Shown: in pieces, positions 1 to 14,123 of the stretch
Layout of the letters: each line of letters opens with the position of its first letter
How positions within the stretch are numbered: position 1 is the first letter of the stretch
Source of the DNA: Azolla caroliniana
Lineage: Eukaryota > Plantae > Polypodiophyta
Assembly (NCBI GenBank): GCA_043228905.1
Contig: JBHGNT010000018.1
Span: 1,302,001 to 1,366,000 of the forward strand
Length of the DNA: 64,000 nucleotides
Direction of reading: 5' to 3'
Program-made: the position numbers and the translations under genes
Notes under the pieces: model-generated
The model's input: the letters and a program-made list of their open reading frames with translations, nothing else
Databases searched by the model: none
What the model was told of the DNA's origin: nothing

Positions 1-144
1 AACAGGAGCATAGTCATAGGTTAGGTGGTGAGAAAATATGAATGATCAAACTTGACACACTTGCTTTCTAGATTTTTAAACATTGAGCCATTACAATAAA
101 GTTTTATCTCATCTTATCTTCTATTCACTACACACATATTACAG

Positions 145-3100
145 ATGGAGTTCTCTTATGGCACAAAGAAATGGACACCAAGAGATGAATTTGACAGTGC
201 AGTACAATCTAACGAGAACGGATTTGCTTTAGGGCTACACGCACCAGGACGCTTTGATAAAGTTCTCTCCATCAATAAGTGCTTGTTGCAACAAGACTCT
301 GCTAATAAGGTTCTTTAACAGCTGTACCTAATGCTACACAGAGTGAAAATAACTCTATGCATATATTTTTCTACAGAAGGGATTTTTTTTCCAGCTGGGT
401 GTGTTTTGTTATCTCTAAGAAGATTGGCAGTTCATTCCAAAGTTGGTATTAAAATTTGCAAGAAGAAAGTTGCAAGTTATGAAGATATACTTCTTGCAGG
501 TTCTTGAGATAGTTCAACATTATTGCAGTACTCGTACACAGGAGCTCCCACCATATGACACACATACACATCAGGGTTTTCTGAAACATCTCGTTATACG
601 ATCTGGCAGGTATACTCTTTGTTGCCTACTCCTTGCTGTTTTTTGGGTTTTTATGTCCCACTTATACCAGGAAAGAAAACAACATAAAGACCTCAAAAAT
701 AATGTGGAAAGTTACTTTCAACAGATTATTTTCAGTAACAGCTTAATGATTGATTGGTATAGAGAACCTGAAACAGGTGATATCCAGCTCATGGTGAATT
801 TTGTGACTTCAGCATATGAACCTATGCTCCTACAGCCTTTAGTAAATGAGCTGGTAGCTGGAGTGCATGATGTGGTAAGTTCAAAGTAGTGGTGTGTCCA
901 TGTCTTTCTTCACCATTTTCAAATATGTATTTTTTATATACCCAGAGAAGCATCCTTATCTGTCTTCTAGTTTCTGGATGATGTGATTTTCATAGGTTTT
1001 CCTAAAATGAGTCTTCTAAAAGTGTAAGAATTTATATTTCCAGAGAAGCATCCATATCTGTATTCTAGTTTCTGGATAATGTGATTTTCACTGGTTTCCT
1101 AAAACGAGTCTTCTAAAAGTATAAGAATTTATATTTCCAGAGAAGCATCCATATCTGTATACTAGTTTCTGGATGATGTGATTTTCACAGGTTTTCCTAA
1201 AGTGAGTCTTCTAAAAGTGTGTGGAAGGAAATCTGGTGGGGTATATCATCATGATATGGGGGTCTGGCAGTGGCCAATGGAATTTAATAGAGCTACAGTC
1301 AACACGAATCACTCAAGAGTTTCTTACATTTTTTTTTTGCTTCAGGTTATGTTGAATAGGATGGAGATCCTTATCAAATAATGATATTAATTGGTCCTCC
1401 AATCAGGACATTCTGAGATTTCTGATTGTCTTTCTTGGACTGGGTTGTTTTTCTCCACTTTTCCATGCCATCTGCCTATTTTCTTTTACAGCTGAGAGAC
1501 CATCAAATTTATAGATGTGGTAGAAACTTGGATTGGTGGCACTACCTACTATATGAATGGGTGGCTATCTGGCATTCAAAGTTATGTATCATGCATGATA
1601 CTGTAGTTTTTCAACTGTGTGACTTAATCTGGGAATATTGATATTTTAGAATATTTATGTGTTTGTCTCGTAGACATCCAAGGGTTCTGTAGATAAATCT
1701 AGGCTGGAGAGACATCTGCATTCCAACCAATATGTCTAGCCATTTGCACTCACATTGCTATATAGCTCTCTCATAATACGTGTTTTTCACTATTATACAA
1801 TCAGCGACACATTTCTTTGCATGTTTTTGAATAATTTTCACACAAACCTGCACTCTTAGTATAGATAGTTGAGCATTACAATAAGACGGGGTGAATGTTA
1901 AGTAAAACGTTTGAATAGCTGTTTGTTTTATATTGTTGAGAACATCCAACTATAGCAAATCAAATCTCAGAATCTATGCACATGGCTTCATATAATTTGC
2001 AGGTTAGCATTGTAAACAACATTAATTCGAGTATTGGAAATACTGCTGCTGGGGAAGAAGAACATGTTTTGTATGGAAGCTCAACAATCACAGAATGCAT
2101 CAATGGATTAGTATTCGAGATATCAGCAAACTCATTTTTTCAAACTAATCCTCGTCAGGTGTCCTTGAACTATGCATTTTTCTAAAAACTTGATTCAGCA
2201 TTTAATCCTTGGAGATTCTAACTGTAGCCTTAAAATTTTTGGCAGGCTGAAATTCTTTATGATTTGGTAGAACAAGCAGCTGGCCTGGAAGGAAATGGCA
2301 AGGAAGTAGTACTCGATCTATTTTGTGGGACTGGTACGATAGGGCTGACCCTTGCAAAAAGGTTGTTTGAATCTTGCTAGATTATTCTTTTGTATTCAGG
2401 ATTTCCATAACTTCATTGTGCTAATTTGTTTCAAACGTCTCTGGTAAATATGCTAAATGCTATGTAGAGTCAAGCATGTTTATGGTTATGAAGTTGTTCC
2501 AGAGGCTGTTGCTGATGCACGCCGAAATGCTGCTAGAAATGACATAACAAACGCCACTTTCATACAAGGAGATTTGAATAAGATAAACAAGGATTTTGCA
2601 GATCAAATTCCTCAGCCTGATGTAGTCATTATTGGTATGGTATTGTGAAAGTTTCTAATTTTATACACTGACATCATCATCTGTAAACATTTTTCTATGA
2701 CCACAGGTGATATATATAGGATTTAGTATATTAATTCTCAACCTAGTACCTCGTTCACCTTTCAGAAGGAATCTAACAAAGATATGATGCAACTAGGATT
2801 CAAGAAGACTTTTAGAGATTTATAATAGATATTGCGTTATGAACATTTTTCTGTAGGTATTTGTCTGATTGCAATACACCTTCTATATGCAGTTTAGGAT
2901 ATTAGATGTATAAAGAAAATGGGAAGTTTCATATCACCGTTTTCCTAGCCAACAATTAGTTCCCTTGCATTCTTACAGGGTGTTTGCCCTATGGAATTGT
3001 TAAGTTCAAACAATTCAGAGTCAACCTAGATGCTGAAGAACAATATAGATCCTAAACCGTGGTGTTTCTCATTGTNNNNNNNNNNNNNNNNNNNNNNNNN

Positions 3101-4584
3101 NNNNNNNNNNNNNNNNNNNNNNNNNNNNNNNNNNNNNNNNNNNNNNNNNNNNNNNNNNNNNNNNNNNNNNNNNNNGAAATGTTTGGATAAGAATCTCTTG
3201 GTCATGGTGTAATGGTCTTTGGAATATCTCTCTGTTTCCAGAGACCAATGGTCTTTGGAATTATCTCTCCGTTTCCAGAGACCCTTAATCCATCAGTGGA
3301 AAATCTGGTTAGTTATTTTCTCTTTCTTTAGACAAGTGTAAGAACATGGTAGCCATGAAAATGTCCAATCATTAAGGTTGATGAGAGTAGCAGAGGAAAT
3401 CAAAGTTTTTCTTTGATGCACATACTTCTTTTCCATCTTTCTGTTGTAAAAGGGGTATATATAATATAGTTAACTTTTTTCCATCTTTCTGTTGTAAAAG
3501 GGGTATATACAATATAGTTAAGGTCTTTCATGTATATATTTCTTTTCCATTTTTTATTGGTAGTGGGGTATATACAACAAAGAAAATATTTCATATCTTT
3601 GTGTGCTTCACATCTATCTAGGCTATGACAACGATTGGGCGTTTTCATGGCTGTGGCATTATTACAATCTGACACAATAAAGAAAAAGGAACCTGTTGAT
3701 TTTTGACGCCATAACTCAATCATAGAACTTTGAACTTGGCTGAATGATCTCCTTCACCATCATCTTCAACAGATCCAAACAGGCCTGGAATGCATCCTGA
3801 TTTAGTGAAGTACCTTCTAAAGCAAAGACCCCCACGCATTGTTTACGTCTCATGCAATCCTGCCACGTGTGCTCGAGATTTGGATTATCTTGCTCATGGC
3901 CTGGTAAGACTTTCTATTTGTGTGGGAAGTTCCCAGAATTTTCATATTCCCCTGTTCCTTGTTATTGTTTTATTTTGTTAATTTTTTGTGGTTATCTTCT
4001 TCAAAACGGTAAAGAACTCCAAAATGCCTGAATTTTTCTTTATTCCCCCAAATGCTGTGGTCAACCCTGAAAGAGAAAAAAGGAGATGATAGCCCATATA
4101 ATTTCTTGAAATGGGGTTTTACCAAAGGGCATTTGGGGAAATAATGAAAACTTAAGGTCTTGTGGGAAAGTGAAGAAAGACTCAGGTGTTTCACAGTTCA
4201 ACCCCCATTATTGTTATACCAAATTCAAAACTTAATCATGTAGTCAATAATCCAATGCCAGGTAGCACAAATTTTATTAAAATTTTCTCTTCCTTTTAAC
4301 AATGTTCTAAGTTTAAGTGGCTTGCGGAATTGTTGTGAACTAATGAGAATTAATCTGCAAACATATAAACCAACCAACCAACCAACCTACCAATCAACCA
4401 ACTAACTATAGAGTTGAATTCCATGCAGCCAGGAGCAGATTTAGATGGAGCATATCGGTTGTTGAGTGTGCAACCGGTGGATATGTTCCCTCACACTCCA
4501 CATATTGAGTGTGTTTGTGCACTTGAGTTACTGAACCCGATGATCTCAGCCTCAGATGATGTCGCATTGGAAACTTCACTTTAA
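145..4584 (+). CDS. RlmD/TrmA(Trm2)-family RNA (uracil-5-)-methyltransferase, 3' part. Exons 145-309, 500-609, 763-874, 2003-2158, 2246-2361, 2468-2634, 3773-3903, 4429-4584; 5' exons lie upstream of the window
   Basis: Eight GT-AG-bounded exons splice in frame. Motifs: MEFSYG, GLHAPG, ISANSFFQTN, SAM motif VLDLFCGTGTIG, YGYEVV, IDPNRPG, catalytic YVSCNPATCARD, VDMFPHTPHIE. Stop TAA at 4582-4584. Confidence 0.93.
941..1222. repeat. Intronic tandem repeat, 3 x ~98 bp
   Basis: Unit CCAGAGAAGCATCC...TTTCTGGAT...GAGTCTTCTAAAAGT recurs near 942, 1040 and 1137. Confidence 0.85.
3076..3175. other. Assembly gap (100 N)
   Basis: Run of N inside an intron of the methyltransferase gene. Confidence 0.99.
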
Positions 4585-6039
4585 AGTTTCTCGGTTGTAT
4601 TTAAGCGAGGCTTCTATTCTTTCATCTTGATTTAGGTGACGACTGGCTATCTCCCAAACCAGATTTTGTAATACAAATATATGTTTTGTTCTTGTTCTCC
4701 ATTACTACTGTATGTGTGTACATAGTAAATGTTCTGGATGAGAACATTGTGTGCTTATGTTTAACACGTTGATCCGAGCTCTTGATCATTAACATCCATT
4801 TCTAAGGTGCACTTGCACATGCGTATATTAATTTAGACAGGTTTGTGAACACCTATAGTGAAGAAGCTTTATGCTAGATATAAATGAAGAACCATCGGAT
4901 TGCATTTGACTACATGGTCTATTCAGCTAGGGTTTCCAATTATTGCTATTTCCTTGCAATAAGACTGCTGACATTTATCTTTAGTGATCTCATGGGATGC
5001 TCTTAATATGAAATAAGCTCGAGGGAGGTAACAAATTTCCATGGTGAAACCTATACATAGGTAAAGTATAGTGTTCCATGGAGCTGGCTCATGAACCACC
5101 ATCAATCACCCATGGAAATGATGCTTGACTGAGGAAGGACTTAAGGTGTGATATCTTTGAAATTGAGTTGAGACTAAATATGTAGATGCATAACAAAAAT
5201 TGGTGACCTGAGTGCACATTAATGCCTGAGTAATCACTAAACAAATTTCTGGTTCTTTCATGAATGGTGAGATAATGCTTGCAATGCAACATGTTAGAAG
5301 GGGTTCACCTTAGTAAATAACCAGTATGTCCAATCACATGGGAGTATGGACCTCCTTTGATCTCCTGTCAAAAAGCTTGAATGCATGATGGTTATGATCC
5401 ACGAAAATAAGGCAATGGTGCACCTTGTATTTCAAAATATTTTGTGTTTAAAGCATCTCTCAATGCTGATGTGGCAATTCTTGGGTGGCCTGTAAATGCC
5501 AGACAATTCTTGGGTGTTCCATGCCAACAAGAACGGAGCCTTGTACCTAGTTATGGGGTTGCCACTTGTATAAAATTTAATGTCAAAGCACCTATAGAAA
5601 TCATAGTTTGGTGTAAATAAACAGGTGCACAAGTTTGTAAAATGTTGATGACATTTGTTCTTCATAGAAGGTTGGATCAAAAGGAAGTTATTATTTTGTG
5701 TTTTGACTTTAACATTATATTATAAACTTGAAGAGAAACTAGAGGACTGATCCCCTTTAATTAGATTTTATGTACACTCTAAGATGTTAGGGGTTGCCCT
5801 TAATCATGGAGTGAGGATTATAACGATATGACTAAGGCACATGCAACCGTAGAATGTTGCCTCTTATGAGAACATTTCGGTCATATTTCATTTATTGTTC
5901 TGTAGATTTGACATACTCAATGGTATGTATGATGGTATATTGTGCAAACAATGTAGAAGTCGGTGACAGAATTACAAAGTGTTATTAACAAAAATGTACA
6001 CAATTCCAATGGCAAAAAGATTATAAACTCCTAGGAAAA

Positions 6040-8138
6040 CTAGTGGAGCCATCCATCATGGGAGGATTTGATGTAAACTCTAAGATTGAATGGGTATTGT
6101 TGTTCATCCATTGATTTGGACGTGACATGAGCAACGGAAGCAGGTATCGGTCTATGAGAATGCATCAAACTTCTCTCATGCTTGGTTGTCAATGCTCGGT
6201 TTCTGGGTGACAACAATTTAGTGCCAAATGAATAACCCCTCTCCACATCATCATTACCTTCCCAAATTCATCATATATGCTATGGACATCAAATTGCAAC
6301 ACGTGAGGGTCAAGTGAATCCATGAGCTTGTCATTCTTGTAAAGGGTCTACACCCAATCCAACAAGTTCATCTCTTCTGGACCAAGGTTGAAATCAAGAA
6401 CACGCCTACCACATGCAATCTCAAGGGCGAGGATGCCGAAACTGTTCACGTCAACTCAGGTGCTATGTATCCCATTGTGTCTGCAGTTGTCATCGTCGCC
6501 CCCATTTTGTCACGTGACACTAGCCTCGCTGGACCAAAGTCCCCTAGCATTGATTCCCAGTCTTTATTCAACAATACATTGGCTGCCTTGACATCTCTAT
6601 GGATCACACATCCCCCTAGACCTTCGTGTAGATATTCCAATGCGGTCGCCACACCCATCAGTATCTTCCATCTCCGCTCCCTCGTGAGCAGTATGTTTGT
6701 ACCCTCGATCCAATCCTTCGTGTAAAGTAGCTTCTCGAGCCTACCATTGTCGGCATACCCATACACCAACAATGCCTTCCCTTTCTCGTACGATCAACCT
6801 CTCAACTGCCACAAATTCCGATGCCGAATGCTGCTTATGATTCTCATCTCCGATGCAAACGTCGCCTCTCCACCCTCTTTCACATTCTCTTTGAGCTTCT
6901 TGATTGCCACCAGCTGTTGGGATGTTGAATTTTCATCGGGCAATATACCCTTGTAGACCTGGCGGAATCCACCCTCTCCAAGCACCATTTTGTCATAAAG
7001 TTGTGGGTGGCTCCCTTCAACACATTGTAGCTAAATTGTTGGATGTCCGCATTGGCCTCTTCATAAGCAGCACATAGTTCAGATGTCTTTGGCCTCAAGT
7101 TGCAGTAGAATGCCCCACCCCCATTCTTGTAAACAATGGTAAAGTACCCAATGAAGATGATAAGGAAAAGCAGTGAAAAAGAGATGCCCAATATGAACCC
7201 TAGATCCTCATGGTTGGGAGGATTGGAGGATTTGAGTAGAAGAGAAATGTTGGTCCGACTTGGCCGCATCAAAGGTCGAGAAGTACCACGAATAGAGGGC
7301 TTGATATTGCCGGATCCACTTGTTGCCGTGATGCCCACGCACATGGATGTGTCTTGAAAAACACTAGGATCAATGGAAGCTTGCAATACTGGGGATTGAC
7401 CCTTGCAGTCAACCGAATTTGCATAGTTGGTACTGTCCTCATAGTTCATCAACCAAAAAGTTTGTGGAGGCATTGAACTCAATCCAGGCTTGAAAACTGA
7501 AATTTCGAAGCAGAGAGAGGCTGGGAATGCCTGAAGTATCGATAGTCTTAATAGATTTCAAGCTATTTATGTCGATTCCGCCATGGCTAGATTTTGGGTC
7601 ATGAAATTGGGGTGATTGCGAGATATCAACCTCGGACTGCGAAAAACTTGTGACCGGGAAAGGAGGTATTTTCCATGAGGGTTACATTGGAATGGCCAAG
7701 GTAGGCACCGACACTGCTATGTGGGAATGTCTTGTCTTGTCCAATGAAGAAGGCCATGCCTTCTCCACTCCGATCCGATTGGGTGACAATCCGGAAGGAG
7801 AAGGATGTGTTAAAAGACATGTCAATGGCACCTGTCATATGGTTCGAGAATTCGATCGATTCTTTGGAGACGATACGCCCGCCGCTTAGATTGTGATTGT
7901 GGGTTTCGCTAGCGTCCGGAATGATCCACAAGATATTTGCATTATCTAGGTTTGCCGTAGTTCTGTAATATTGGTGCCCACCGCTATGCACAATGGAGAT
8001 ATCAAAGATAGAGTTGATGCAGGTCCTCGAATTACTTGGATCAAAGGAGAGGATGTTAGACATGGCCATGGTCATATGTGGTGATGATCCCATAAAGACT
8101 AGCAAGATGAGCCCAAGGTGCTTGAACTGCACTTTCAT
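6040..8138 (-). pseudogene. L-type lectin receptor kinase pseudogene (type B, copy 1)
   Basis: Signal-like MKVQFKHLGLILLVF, legume-lectin GEGMAFFI...FFAV, TM helix, kinase [28 protein letters not shown]. Broken by several frameshifts and stops. Confidence 0.9.
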
Positions 8139-9062
8139 TGGTCTTAGTGACCTTACTCTCTCTATGTGTAGGGGTTGAGATGGTGACAATGGGTATATTA
8201 GAATTTATAAAGGGGACAACATGCCCCTTGTGACCAACAATAGTGGATCGGGCTGTAGTAGATAGCGAAAAGTGGAGAGGGAGGGATCTCTAGAACCAAA
8301 TGTGGCCAACTCCAAATTGGCTGAGTCCCAACTCTTAGTTTACATACATCACTCATTGTCTTCTTGTTGTTTAAACCAAATCAAAGATTAATAATTTTAG
8401 TTATAATCATAACTTGAGTTACTCATTCATCTTTGATTAATTTAGTAAGATTCTAATGAGATTTAAATTAAGCTTCTCATGTACTTGTCTAACTTTTCAA
8501 GAGTTGCAAACCTTTGTAATCTCCCACCACTTCAAACCAACTTAGACCAAGCTCATGAGTGCGACAACTTAGAGCAAACCATAATTTTTGACCATTTATT
8601 TTTGCCAATAATACATATGTGATCACTACTTCAAAGCATAAAATATTGTAATGACATCACAATTGGCAATAAAAGAAACCAATGTCATTATATTCAAAAA
8701 ATTAAGACTCATCTGGGACCATTAAACCATCGTTTAGACTTTTTTCTACTACATATGTGATCATTAAAACTTCTCACGATAAGATATTGCACTGATATCA
8801 CAATTTGCAATAAAAGAAATCAATTAAGGAATTAAAATTTACAGGGAGACCAGACCCCACCCATGTGGGAGTTAATAGTCAAGACTCAAGAATTGTTTGG
8901 GTCTGATTGTGTGTATTATGTATGAAATACCTAGATAGAGTAGGCCACAATGTTATCTTCTTCTGCAACCTAATGACATACATAAGAAAATAAAGACTTG
9001 TAGGTCACTCTTCCCAACATCCTAAAGAGTATAGATTCTCTAAATCATCGCGGCCACATACA

Positions 9063-11261
9063 ATGAAATTCAAGCCTCGCAATCTGGTCTGGTTCGTGTT
9101 GCAAATCCGATGGATACTGCAAAGTGCGCCACCCAATCTCTTCGGCATTTGCTTTCTGGGATCGTCATTGCCGACGGCACATAACGTGGCCATGGCCATG
9201 TCTCAGGGCTTCGCCTTCGGTCCAGGTTCGGACGACTTCTTCTCTAATTTCGACATTTCCATCGTGCCGAGCGGTGAGGGATATTCTGAAGCTACAGCAA
9301 CCCTGGATAATGAGAAGACCGTGTCGCTCACCCCAAACCCTGACACAAGCACTAATCTCAATCGAAGCGCCAATCGTGTAGTTTCCAAACAACCCATAAA
9401 ATTTTTCGACGATTCGGGTGTCATTGTCTCCTTCTCCACATTCTTCTCCTTCCAGATAATCACCCGAAGCAATCTGAGTGGAGAAGGAATGGCGTTCTTC
9501 ATTGCACAAGACAAGGCATTCCCACACAACAGTGCTGGTGGCTACCTTGGCCTCTCTAATGACACCTTCATCAATTCTACTACCTCCTTTCCTGGTCACG
9601 ATTTCTTCGCAGTCGAGTTCGATATCGCGCAATCACCCCAATTCAACGACCCGAGCTCTAGCCACATCGGAATTGACATCAATAGCTTGCAATCTATCAA
9701 CACCACCGATACTTCCGGTGACAACAATCCACTCTCTTTGCATCGAAATTCCAGGTTCCAAACCTGGATTCAGTTCGATGGCTCCACAAACATGGTCAAA
9801 GTTTGGCTGATGAACTATGGGAACAGGACTGACTATGCTATTCCTCTCGAACGCACAGCTGAATCCCTCATATTGCAAGCTTCCATCGATCCTAGTGTGT
9901 TTAATCACACATCCATGTGGGTTGGCATCACGGCAACAAGCGGATCCACTGTAAATGCCAACGATTCCAAGCCATCTGGCTATGCCATCTACTCATGGTA
10001 CTTCATTGCCTCCGATGGTAAGCCAACCAAAATTTCTCTGAAACTTCGGTTGATATTGGTCATCTCTTTTTCAGTGCTTTTCCTAATCATCGTCGTCATT
10101 GGATTCATCATTGCCTACCGGAATGGCTGTGGACCATTACGCTGCATCTTGAGGCCGAAGAAATCTGAACTGTATGCTGCACATGAGGCGGCGAGCGCGG
10201 ACATCCGACAATTTAGCTACAATGTGTTGAAGAGAGCCACCAACAATTTCAGTCAGAAAATGCTGCTTGGGGAGGGTGGATTCAGCCAAGTCTACAAGGG
10301 TATGTTGCCCGATGAACATCCGACATCTCGGCAGCTAGTGGCCATCAAGAAGCTGAAAGACGATGTGAAAGCGGGTGGAGAGGCATCTTTCGCATCGGAG
10401 GTGAGGATCATAAGCAGCATTCGGCATCGCAATTTGTTGCGGTTGAGAGGCTGGTGCTACGAGAAAGGGAAGGCATTGTTGGTGTATGAGTACGCGGACA
10501 ATGGTAGCCTCGATAAGCTACTTTACACGAAGGATAAGATCGAGGGAGGGACCGTAGTGCTAACGAGCGACCGGAGATGGAAGATACTGGTGGGCGTGGC
10601 GACCGCATTGGAATATCTACATGAGGGTCTCGGGGGGTGTGTGATCCATAGAGATGTGAAGGCAGCCAATGTATTGTTGAATAAAGACTGGGAACCAATG
10701 CTCGGGGACTTTGGTCTCGCGAGGCTAGTGTCGCATGAGAAGATATGGACGACCACGACAGCCGCGGGCACCATGGGATACATGGCACCCGAGTTGGTGT
10801 ACACGGGTCGAGCAACGGAAAAAGCCGACGTGTACAGTTTCGGCATCCTCGCCCTCGAGATTGTGTGCGGTAGGCGTGTACTCGATTTCAGCCTAAGCCC
10901 GGATAAGATGAATTTGCTGGATTGGGTGTGGACCCTTCATATGAATGACAATCTCATGGATTCACTTGACCCTGGCATGTTGCAATTTGATGCCCATGGC
11001 ATACATGATGAGTTTGAGAAAGTGATGATGATGTGGAGAGGGGTCATTCATGTGGCACTCAACTGTTGTCACCCGGAAACGGAGTGTCGGCCAAGCATGA
11101 GAAATGTCCGACACATTCTCATTGAAGGCCATCTCCTACCGTTGCCCATATCACGTCCGGATCGACCAATATCGAATCATGGTCCCCCGCACACCTTAGA
11201 ATCCACCTCAAATACACCTACGTGGAATAGCAAATCCTCTGATTTCTCCATTACTTTGTAA
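9063..11261 (+). CDS. L-type (legume) lectin receptor-like kinase, intact and intronless (type A, copy 1)
   Basis: 732-aa ORF: lectin domain ([31 protein letters not shown]), [25 protein letters not shown] kinase ([36 protein letters not shown]). Confidence 0.95.
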   Translation: MKFKPRNLVWFVLQIRWILQSAPPNLFGICFLGSSLPTAHNVAMAMSQGFAFGPGSDDFFSNFDISIVPSGEGYSEATATLDNEKTVSLTPNPDTSTNLNRSANRVVSKQPIKFFDDSGVIVSFSTFFSFQIITRSNLSGEGMAFFIAQDKAFPHNSAGGYLGLSNDTFINSTTSFPGHDFFAVEFDIAQSPQFNDPSSSHIGIDINSLQSINTTDTSGDNNPLSLHRNSRFQTWIQFDGSTNMVKVWLMNYGNRTDYAIPLERTAESLILQASIDPSVFNHTSMWVGITATSGSTVNANDSKPSGYAIYSWYFIASDGKPTKISLKLRLILVISFSVLFLIIVVIGFIIAYRNGCGPLRCILRPKKSELYAAHEAASADIRQFSYNVLKRATNNFSQKMLLGEGGFSQVYKGMLPDEHPTSRQLVAIKKLKDDVKAGGEASFASEVRIISSIRHRNLLRLRGWCYEKGKALLVYEYADNGSLDKLLYTKDKIEGGTVVLTSDRRWKILVGVATALEYLHEGLGGCVIHRDVKAANVLLNKDWEPMLGDFGLARLVSHEKIWTTTTAAGTMGYMAPELVYTGRATEKADVYSFGILALEIVCGRRVLDFSLSPDKMNLLDWVWTLHMNDNLMDSLDPGMLQFDAHGIHDEFEKVMMMWRGVIHVALNCCHPETECRPSMRNVRHILIEGHLLPLPISRPDRPISNHGPPHTLESTSNTPTWNSKSSDFSITL

Positions 11262-12219
11262 TTCTCTTTTATTTGGGAGTTTGGTCACATTCTACTTCAT
11301 GACAACATTTTCTAAGTCTAATAATTAGTAAATATGTCATGACTCATGATGGCCTCACTTTTTTGCAATCTGATATCTAGACAATGTACAATTTATGAAA
11401 TAAAAGTTCAAATATATATGGTACTTTACTTTTGTTTGAGCATTTTAGTAATGGGGCTGTTCATTATAGGTGAACATTTAGGGTTACTTTATAATAACAT
11501 GTGTCTTCATGAATTTAGGGCAACGTAATTTAAATATGATCATAATTTGTTGATGGGTCCTATGACATAACTTATATGATGCTCTACCATAATTGACTAT
11601 CCATATCCGGGGACTGGTCTATAGGTCTCCTATGACTCTCATCGACACATTAAACAAAGGTTTTGGGTTTATCTCGAAAACCTCAACTCTTGGTTCTACT
11701 CAACATTAAAGTGTTTTTTCCATCTTGTTTATGTCTCTTATTGGCATTTGTACACTTGATCATGGAATGGTGCAAAAATTGGAATGGCATGGTATGTAGC
11801 TTTCATGATGATGAATGATTGAATGGATGATAAATTTTTTACGATGAATGAAAAAGAAGACAATGATAGTGACAATGACGATAAATTATAGAGAAAAGAA
11901 ATGGTAAACGAAAATATCTTAAGGAAACAATAAGCGATGGCTCATACTAGTTTCAAGAATTCTTAACTATAGCATATGATGTTCAAAGATTATTTGTGTG
12001 TGTTTTCCTCTCCAGAGAAAGAAGAGCCTGGTTATTTGGACATCTAATATCTTAGGAAATAAAAAATATGAGCTTGCGAGTAGTTCTTTAAAAAACATGT
12101 ACTAGAATCTTAGCTTCGAAGGTTGTTTTCATCTACATATGACTATGACAAAGGAAATGGCACTTTAAATAAGAAAAAGGATACTTGATATATGACTTCT
12201 TTATCAACATCCATTATAA

Positions 12220-12533
12220 AATTGGTTTCCATAGTTCATCAACCAAACTTGGACCAAGTTTGTGGAGTCATTGAACTCAATCCAGGCTTGAAAACTGAAG
12301 TTTCGAAGCAGGGAGAGCCTGACAATGCCCGAAGTATCCATAGTCTTAATAGATTGCAAGTTGTTGATGTTGATTCCGATGTGGCTAGAGCATGGGTCAT
12401 TAAATCAAGGTGATTGCGAGATATTCAACTCGACAACAAGAAACTTGTGATCGGGGAAAGAGGTATTTTTCACTAGGGTGCCATTGGAATGTTAGGCGTG
12501 ACCATGGTCATATCTAGTGATGATCCCATAAAG
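12220..12533 (-). pseudogene. LecRK lectin-domain remnant, type B
   Basis: Similar to 7440-7690 and 8060-8100, with an internal deletion; ends at the duplication junction. Confidence 0.75.
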
Positions 12534-14123
12534 ACTCAGATGTTTCATAGTTCAACCCCCATTTATTGTTATACCAAATTCAAAACTTAATCATGTAGTC
12601 TAGTAGTCCAATGCGAGGTAGCACAAATTTTATGAAAATTTTCTCTTCTTTTTAACAATGTTTTGATTTTAAGTGGCTTATGGAATTGTTGTGGACTAAC
12701 GATAATTATCTCATTTCAAATAGAGTGACCAGTTTCCCATGTTGCCAACTTTTGTTGTTAAAGGATATAGAGTGCTTTATAATAACGATGTAGTGTGGCC
12801 ATCTCTATTCATCTAAGATCATCTATCTTCAAATTCGTGCTTCATGTAGATTGTGCATGTGGATTGAGCTCTCTTGGGTTTTCCATAACTACTGTATGTG
12901 TGTACATTGTAAATTTTCTAGATGAGAACATTGTGTGCTTGTGTTTAAGACTTTGATCCAAGCTCTTGATCATTAACATCCACTTCCAAGGTGCACTTAC
13001 ACATGTGTATATTAATTTAGATATAAATGAAGAACTGTTGGATTGCATTTAGCTACATGGTCTATTGAGCGAGGCTTTCCATATTTTGCTATTTCCTTGC
13101 AATAAGTTTGCTGACATTTTGCTTTAGTGATCTCATGGGATGCTCTAAATATGAAATAAGCTCGAGGGAGGTAACAAATTTCCATGGTGAAACCCATACA
13201 TAAGTAAATGAGACTATGGTGTTCCATGGATCTGGGTGATGGAACCCCACCAATCACCCATGGATGTAAGTCACCACCCAAGGAAATGATACTATGGTGT
13301 TCCATGGTGTTGGCTCATGGCCTGCCATCAAATGTGTGGATGTATAACAAAAATTTGTGACTTGAATGCACATTAATGCCTGAGTAATCACTAAACAACT
13401 TATTGTTTTTTTCATGAATGGTGAGATAATGTTTGCAATGCAGCATGTTCAAAGTTGTTCACCTTAGCAAATAACTAGTATTTCCATGACATGAGAGTAT
13501 GGAAATCCTTTGATCTCTTGTCAAAAAGCTTGAATGCATGATGGTGATGATCCACAAAAATAAGGCAATGGTAGCACCTTGCATTTAAAAGTATTTTGTG
13601 TTTAAAGTATCTCTCAATGCTAATGTAACAATTCTTGGGTGGTCTGTAACTTCTATGACAATTCTTTGGTGTTCCATGCCAACAACAATAGAGCCTTGTA
13701 CCTAATTATGGGGTTGCCACTTGTATAAAATGTTGATGACATTTGTTCTTCATAGAAGGTTGGATCAAAAGCAAGTTATTATATGTTGTGTATTAGTGTT
13801 AACGTAATATTATAAACTTGAAAACAAACTAGAGGACTGATCCCCTTTAACTTGATTGATGTGCACTCTAAGTGAGGATTATAGGGATATTGACAAGACA
13901 CATGCAACCGTAGAATGTTGTTGTCTATGCGAACATGTCGGTCTTATTTCATTTATTGTTTTGTAGATTGTGTGAAGCAAATAGAGGTCTTATTTCATTT
14001 ATTGTTTTGTAGATTGTGCAAAGCAAATAGAAGTCGGTGACATAATATGCCAACAATTACAAAGTGTTATGAACAAAAATGTACACAATTCCAATGGCAA
14101 AAAGCTTATAAACTCCTAGGGAA

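Larger units (their letters stand above)
4176..12529. repeat. Tandem segmental duplication, unit 1 (LecRK pair plus flanks)
   Basis: 4176-6680 matches 12530-14710; 8260-9060 matches 54820-55710; 9063-10617 matches 55712-57243; 11800-12400 matches 57245-57900. Confidence 0.88.

Noticed and set aside
443-889. 148-aa ORF as a standalone gene
   Set aside because: It is read-through of two methyltransferase exons and their introns.
3430-3520. ~49-bp direct repeat and the 107-aa minus ORF over it
   Set aside because: Ordinary intronic slippage; the ORF has no motifs.
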